From NCBI GenBank assembly GCA_025357945.1, contig JANYLJ010000019.1:8668-72667 (forward strand): a DNA stretch of 64,000 nt, read 5' to 3'. This document shows positions 58,938 through 64,000 of the stretch, piece by piece. The translations under genes and the position numbers were made by a program. Source of the stretch: Gemmatimonadota bacterium (GTDB lineage Bacteria; Gemmatimonadota; Gemmatimonadetes; Gemmatimonadales; GWC2-71-9). The notes beneath the pieces are model-generated. The model saw only the letters and a program-made list of their open reading frames with translations. It was not told the origin of the DNA and made no database searches. Each line of letters opens with the position of its first letter. Positions within the stretch are counted from its first letter, which is position 1.

Positions 58938-60017
58938 CTATTTCGGCTTGTCGAGGGCGTCTTTGTCGAGAACGATTCGAAGCAACTCGGCGCGCAGCCA
59001 GCCGGCGTGGGTGTCCACTTCGTGTACCAGCACGCCCGGCTCGGCGATCGATCCGCAGGCGATATCGAAGCGCGCCATAGCAATCAGGCGCCCCGTCACC
59101 GGGTCGCGCACCTCGACGATCGTGTCGCGGTACCGGTCGAGCTCAATGTGCTGCGCGCGGTTCGAGCCGGCTTCGATGATTCCCTCTCGCCAGTGCCGAT
59201 CCGCCACGTCGCCCAATATCCAGAGTCGCCCGGCAGCGTCAAACCAGATGGCCTTGATCGCCGGCGGCGGCGGCTGATCCGGCCTCGTACCCGCCGTTCG
59301 GTGGTCGGCGATGGAATCCACCAACCAGGTCGAGGCCGGCTCGATGACCTTCAGAAGCTTGCCGGTGGTGTCCCATTGCTCAAGGCGCCAGCGTCCGTAA
59401 ATGGTCGTCGTCCACAAGGTTCCGTCGGGAGCGAGCGCGATATGCCAGACGGACGTGGGCGGTGACCCGCTGAACTCTTGCGCACCAATGTCGCGCTCGA
59501 CGGCACCGTTCGCGTCGAAAACGTGCACGACCGCGGAGCCGTCCGTTGTTGCGGCGAATCGACCACCGGGCAACAGCACCGCATCGTCGAGTCGTACTGA
59601 TGCCTCCGGGCGTGGGGACGAGAACGCAATCGTGCGGACGTACCGGCGCGAAGGATCAAAGATGAGCACGCGCCACGAGTTGTCGAACACCCAGAGGGAG
59701 TCACCCTGGCCGATACGCGTAAACAACGGCCGGTCGAGCCTGCCGATCGGCGCACCGTCGCCGCGGAGTGTGCCGAGGAATCGGCCGTCGTCGCCGAACA
59801 CCGCCGGCGGTGAGGCAAGGGCGCTCCATCGCGCGATCACGACACGAAACCCGCCGGGATGCCGTGCGCTGACCATCGGGGTCGTCGCGATCGCACCGTC
59901 GCCGCTGTCCGCTCCGAGCTTCATCATCGACACCAGGCGGATCGGCGACAACTCCCGGCCCCTGCCACCACACCCCGCCACGAGGACCGCCACCGCCAGA
60001 AGCCAACAGGAGCGCAT
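58938..60017 (-). CDS. Beta-propeller lipoprotein, hypothetical
   Basis: GAGGAG RBS; lipobox VAGC; repeated FD..G...R.I blades. Confidence 0.75.
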   Translation of the reverse strand: MRSCWLLAVAVLVAGCGGRGRELSPIRLVSMMKLGADSGDGAIATTPMVSARHPGGFRVVIARWSALASPPAVFGDDGRFLGTLRGDGAPIGRLDRPLFTRIGQGDSLWVFDNSWRVLIFDPSRRYVRTIAFSSPRPEASVRLDDAVLLPGGRFAATTDGSAVVHVFDANGAVERDIGAQEFSGSPPTSVWHIALAPDGTLWTTTIYGRWRLEQWDTTGKLLKVIEPASTWLVDSIADHRTAGTRPDQPPPPAIKAIWFDAAGRLWILGDVADRHWREGIIEAGSNRAQHIELDRYRDTIVEVRDPVTGRLIAMARFDIACGSIAEPGVLVHEVDTHAGWLRAELLRIVLDKDALDKPK

Positions 60018-60026
60018 CGATTCTCC

Positions 60027-60941
60027 TCAGTGCGGTTGGCCGAGTGCCGCCGGTCCGCGACGCCGACCGACGGCAACGGCGAGCACCGCGAGTGCCAGAA
60101 GATACGGCAAGGCGACGAAGAGTTGATACGGCACCCGACTCCCGACCGCCTGAAACATGTACTGCAACGCGGTGGCACCGCCGAAGAGCAATGCGGCGGC
60201 AGCCACACCGCGTGGATGCCAACCGCCGAGCGCCACGATCGCGATCGCGATGAAGCCACGCCCGCCCGTCATCCGCTCGGTGAATGTGCCCACTTGCGCC
60301 AGCACCAGCGACACGCCCGCGAGTCCGGCGCACGCGCCGCCCAGGAGCGTGGCGATCGTGCGGGTGCGAGCAACCCGCACGCCCGCTGAGGCGGCGGCGG
60401 TCGGTGCTTCGCCGCACGCGCGCAGTTCCAACCCGAACCTGGTGTGGAACAGCAGCCAGGTGGCGATCGGAATGATCAGGTATCCCGCGTACGTGAGGAC
60501 CGACTGCCGGAACAACATCGGACCGACAAACGGAATGCTCCCGAGCAACGGAAGCCGCACCGTCTGCAGGGTCGGCAACGACAGACCAGCGCCGGTCGTG
60601 CCCCAGACGCGTTGCGCGAACAGCCCGGTGAGCCCGGTTGCCCCAAGCGTCATCGCGGTGCCCGCGATGATCTGATCCACGCGGGCGCCAACCGCGATCG
60701 CAGCGAACAACGCCGCCACGATCAGTCCGGCGACAACTCCGGCCGCAACACCAACAACTACCCCGCCCTCTGCGGCCCCGGCGGCCGCGCCGAACGCGCC
60801 CGCAAGCATCGCACCCTCGATCCCAAGATTGATCACGCCGCTCCTCTCGACCACCGTCTCACCGATCGCCGCGATCCCCAGCGGCGTGCCGACGCGAACC
60901 GCGGCGGCGGCGAATGCCACCGCGATGGTACCGTCGATCAC
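60027..60941 (-). CDS. Nucleoside/sugar ABC transporter permease
   Basis: ERSGVINLGIEG, GLELRACGE.P, GRGFIAIA. Confidence 0.92.
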   Translation of the reverse strand: MIDGTIAVAFAAAAVRVGTPLGIAAIGETVVERSGVINLGIEGAMLAGAFGAAAGAAEGGVVVGVAAGVVAGLIVAALFAAIAVGARVDQIIAGTAMTLGATGLTGLFAQRVWGTTGAGLSLPTLQTVRLPLLGSIPFVGPMLFRQSVLTYAGYLIIPIATWLLFHTRFGLELRACGEAPTAAASAGVRVARTRTIATLLGGACAGLAGVSLVLAQVGTFTERMTGGRGFIAIAIVALGGWHPRGVAAAALLFGGATALQYMFQAVGSRVPYQLFVALPYLLALAVLAVAVGRRRGPAALGQPH

Positions 60942-61969
60942 GCTCGCCGCCGCGCGGTGAGCAACACGGTGATGATCACCACCGCCTCGACGACCTGCAC
61001 GGCGACCGCCGGAATCCCGGCGTCGCGCTGCATCGCCGCCGCCCCCGCCTCCAACGCGCCGAACAACACGCCGGCGACCAGAACGAACGTCGGCTGCAGA
61101 CGGCCGAGCAGGGCGACGGCAATTGCCGTGAAGCCGTACCCGGGCGAAAGGTTCTGATAGAGGGCGTAGGACACCCCGGTCACTTCGACGGCACCACCAA
61201 AGCCAGCGAGCGCGCCGGACCAGAGCAGCGCGGTGGCGGCAATAGTCGCGACCGGCATCCTGCCGATGATCAGGGCTGCTCGGGGACCGGCGCCGACGGA
61301 GCGAATCCGGAAACCCCACGCCGTCTGTTTTAGGAGTAGTGACAACAACCCCGCAATGATGATCGCGAAGATAAAGCCAAGATGGAGTCGGCTGCCAGCG
61401 GCGAGGTGTGGCAAGCGAGCGGCCGGTGCGATCAGGGCGCTTTGCGGATAGATCCGCGACGGCTCCTGCAGTGGACCGGTGACGGCATAGCTCACCGCTG
61501 CGACGCCGACGAAGTTGAGCAGCAGCGTGGTGATGACTTCACTGACGCCGAGCTTCATGCGAAGGATCACCGGCAGCGCCACCCAGGCTGCCCCGGCGAT
61601 GAGCCCGCCGGCGAGCGCCACCGCCACCGCCAGCACCGGTGGCACGCCGCCGAGATGCAAGCCAGCCCACGTGGTACCGATAGCGCCGGCGGCGAACTGC
61701 CCTTCCATCCCGATGTTGAGGGTGCCGGCCTTGCTGCCAAGGGTGAAGGCGAGGCCGAGGATCACCAGCGGTGTAGCGCGGACGAGCGCGGCCGACGTGA
61801 AGTTGTCCCATGATCCGAACGCGCCGTTCCAGAGCGCGCTCAGTGCCGGCGCGACATGAAACCCGGCAATCGCGAGGAACGCAGAAAGTAGTACCACGCC
61901 GAGTCCGAACGCGCCGGCCACATGCGCGAGATCACGAGCACCGGCGCGCATCGGTGCGGCGATACTCAC
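60938..61969 (-). CDS. Nucleoside/sugar ABC transporter permease
   Basis: NIG.EGQ, EVITTLLLN, GYGFTAIAVALLG. Confidence 0.92.
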   Translation of the reverse strand: MSIAAPMRAGARDLAHVAGAFGLGVVLLSAFLAIAGFHVAPALSALWNGAFGSWDNFTSAALVRATPLVILGLAFTLGSKAGTLNIGMEGQFAAGAIGTTWAGLHLGGVPPVLAVAVALAGGLIAGAAWVALPVILRMKLGVSEVITTLLLNFVGVAAVSYAVTGPLQEPSRIYPQSALIAPAARLPHLAAGSRLHLGFIFAIIIAGLLSLLLKQTAWGFRIRSVGAGPRAALIIGRMPVATIAATALLWSGALAGFGGAVEVTGVSYALYQNLSPGYGFTAIAVALLGRLQPTFVLVAGVLFGALEAGAAAMQRDAGIPAVAVQVVEAVVIITVLLTARRRA

Positions 61970-63423
61970 GCCACTGATTCCAGTGCGAGCATCGTGTCGC
62001 CCACGACGTCGCGTGGCGTGTCCCGTGGCAGCTCACGCACCTGGCCGCGTGCCACGACCAGCACGCGATCGGCGAGGGCGAGCACCTCGTCGAGGTCACT
62101 CGAGTGGACGATGACCGCCGCTCCCTGTCGCGCTGCGTCACGCAGCCGCTCATGAATCACCTGCGTCGCCCTCAGGTCGAGTCCGCGGGTCGGATCTTCG
62201 GCGACGACCACGCGCGGTTTGCCCGCCAGCGCGCGAGCGAAGACGAACTTCTGCTGGTTGCCGCCCGAGAGTGTTGCGGCGGCGGCATCCGGCCCGGATG
62301 CGCGCACATCGTGTGCCCGCAGCAGCTCGCCGGTCCGAGCACGAAGCGCCGGCCAAGCGAGCCAGCGTGTCGACCGCGCGATGGTTCCGAGCAGGAGGTT
62401 CTCGGCGAGCGTGAACTGCGGAATCAACCCCTCGGTGGTACGATCCTCCGGGATGAAGCCGACGGGTCCCGCCACGTCCAGTGAGCCGGTCGTGATCGCG
62501 ATGTCGTCGACGCTCGCGATTGCCCGCAGCAGTTCTCGCTGACCGTTCCCTTCGATCGCCGCGACCCCGACGACTTCACCGGCGCGGACCGAGAAGTCGG
62601 CGCCCTCGATGCCGGCCCGGTTGGCCGCGACGCCACGACGTTGCAGCCTGAGGCCGCTCGCTCGTACCAGCACGTCACCAGTTCGCGCTTCCAGTCGAAT
62701 CGGCGGCGGCAAGTCCGCGCCGATCATCGCGCGTGAGAGCGACTGCGGCGTCTGCTTGGCGATCACGTCGCGCAGCGTCACTTCACCTCGACGCATTACC
62801 GTCACGCGATCGGCGACACGAAACACCTCGTCGAGCTTGTGCGTGATCAACACCACCGCCCCGCCACCGAGCGCGAACTCGCGGACGAAGGTCAGCAGCT
62901 CGTCGACCTCGCGCGGCGCGAGCACGGCGGTCGGTTCATCGAGAAGCAGGATCCTTGCGTTGGCGGCGAGCGCCTTGACGATCTCAAGCCGCTGCCGCAG
63001 TTGCACCGAGAGCGACTCCACGTAATCCGACACCCGCAGCGGCAGGCCAAGGCGCCCCACCACGCTCTCGGCACGTCGCTCTGCCGCTCGGCCCGTTTCC
63101 GTCCACCCGGCAGTCAATGCGATGTTCTCGCAAACCGTCAGCGCGGGGATTGAAGTGAAGTGCTGGTGCACCATGCCGATTCCTGCCGCCCGCGCTGCGC
63201 GAGGCGAGGGAAACCCGTGCGTCGTGGTGGCGATGCCACCGGCAGCGCTTACCGTAACGGTTCCGGCGTCGGGCCGCAGCATTCCGTACGCGACGTGCAT
63301 CAGCGTGGACTTGCCGGCGCCGTTCTCGCCCAGAAGCGCGTGGACCTGTCCGGCAACAACAGAGAGGCTCACGCGGCTGAGCGCAACGGTCGCGCCGAAA
63401 GACTTCGAGATTTCGTGCAGCAC
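61966..63423 (-). CDS. Nucleoside/sugar (CUT2) ABC transporter ATP-binding protein
   Basis: GENGAGKST, GMVHQHF, LSGGNQQK, PTRGLD; start uncertain. Confidence 0.93.
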   Translation of the reverse strand: MLHEISKSFGATVALSRVSLSVVAGQVHALLGENGAGKSTLMHVAYGMLRPDAGTVTVSAAGGIATTTHGFPSPRAARAAGIGMVHQHFTSIPALTVCENIALTAGWTETGRAAERRAESVVGRLGLPLRVSDYVESLSVQLRQRLEIVKALAANARILLLDEPTAVLAPREVDELLTFVREFALGGGAVVLITHKLDEVFRVADRVTVMRRGEVTLRDVIAKQTPQSLSRAMIGADLPPPIRLEARTGDVLVRASGLRLQRRGVAANRAGIEGADFSVRAGEVVGVAAIEGNGQRELLRAIASVDDIAITTGSLDVAGPVGFIPEDRTTEGLIPQFTLAENLLLGTIARSTRWLAWPALRARTGELLRAHDVRASGPDAAAATLSGGNQQKFVFARALAGKPRVVVAEDPTRGLDLRATQVIHERLRDAARQGAAVIVHSSDLDEVLALADRVLVVARGQVRELPRDTPRDVVGDTMLALESVA

Positions 63424-63521
63424 GAAATTGGCCGTGAGCCGCGGGTGTGCGGTCAGCGTGTGCCGTCCGTAGTTGACACGCTTCCGCCGATGTCGGGCTC
63501 ACGGCTCATGGCTGGTACTTG

Positions 63522-64000
63522 TCACATCCCCGTCGGATGATCGTGGAACTCCCAGGGGAGTCCGAAGCGCTGCGCGAGATGCTCCGCCAGCGCCTTGACG
63601 CCAACGGTCTCGGTTGCGTAGTGCCCGGCGTAGAGGACGTTCACGCCGAGCTCGAGCGCATCGAAGGCTGTGTGGTGCGCCCCCTCGCCGGTGATGAAGG
63701 TGTCGAGGCCGGCATCGGCGGCGGCCTGGATCCTGCCGCCCGCGGCACCCGTGATCACGCCGACGCGCGTCGTCGTTTCCGGGCCGCCAGGGATCAGGTG
63801 CACCCGTCCGCCGAGCAGTTCACCCAGCTTGGTCGCCAGCACGTCGCGCGACATGATCAGGTGACCGGACGCGCCGAACGGGATGCCGCGGTAGGAGTCG
63901 AACGGCACCGGATCGAGGATACCGAGCATCCGCGCGAGCACCGCATTATTGCCGACGTCCGGGTGCGCGTCGAGCGGAATGTGTGCCCCGTAGACGGCGA
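63522..64000 (-). CDS. Nif3-like dinuclear metal-centre protein, C-terminal part, truncated by window edge
   Basis: HIPLDAHP.VGNN, FITGE, AGHYATE. Confidence 0.93.
   Translation of the reverse strand, partial: AVYGAHIPLDAHPDVGNNAVLARMLGILDPVPFDSYRGIPFGASGHLIMSRDVLATKLGELLGGRVHLIPGGPETTTRVGVITGAAGGRIQAAADAGLDTFITGEGAHHTAFDALELGVNVLYAGHYATETVGVKALAEHLAQRFGLPWEFHDHPTGM

Noticed and set aside
1-64000. tRNA, rRNA, integrase, transposase, prophage or known defence genes
   Set aside because: None recognised by eye; intergenic gaps are short and composition looks uniform. tRNAscan, Rfam and DefenseFinder were not run.

Overview
GC-rich bacterial chromosomal segment, gene content and style most consistent with Gemmatimonadota (inference, not tested). 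About 68 densely packed CDS. Housekeeping and repair: leuS-csaA, nth, PolX-PHP, cyclophilin, cardiolipin synthase, AlaX. Envelope and transport: two ECF sigma modules (one heading a TolC/MacAB-type exporter), an ECF-type transporter, a nucleoside-type ABC transporter. Metabolism: a putative detoxification run (VOC/MOSC/DinB/DpaL) and a dispersed glycoside 3-oxidation gene set. No rRNA, tRNA, CRISPR array, transposase or prophage was seen. The best candidate for an undescribed system is a translationally coupled four-gene operon (51415-57030): DUF4956 membrane protein, acidic beta-propeller lipoprotein, a secreted atypical-kinase-like domain fused to an Omp85-type barrel, and a lipoprotein metallophosphoesterase, bracketed by two DUF4142 genes. 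Non-coding signals: a family of 7-nt-periodic intergenic hairpins, a 138-bp REP/MITE-like cruciform, frequent apparently leaderless promoters (TANNNT 6-7 nt before ATG) including one palindromic bidirectional -10, and two structured leaders. All family assignments are by motif recognition without database searches.
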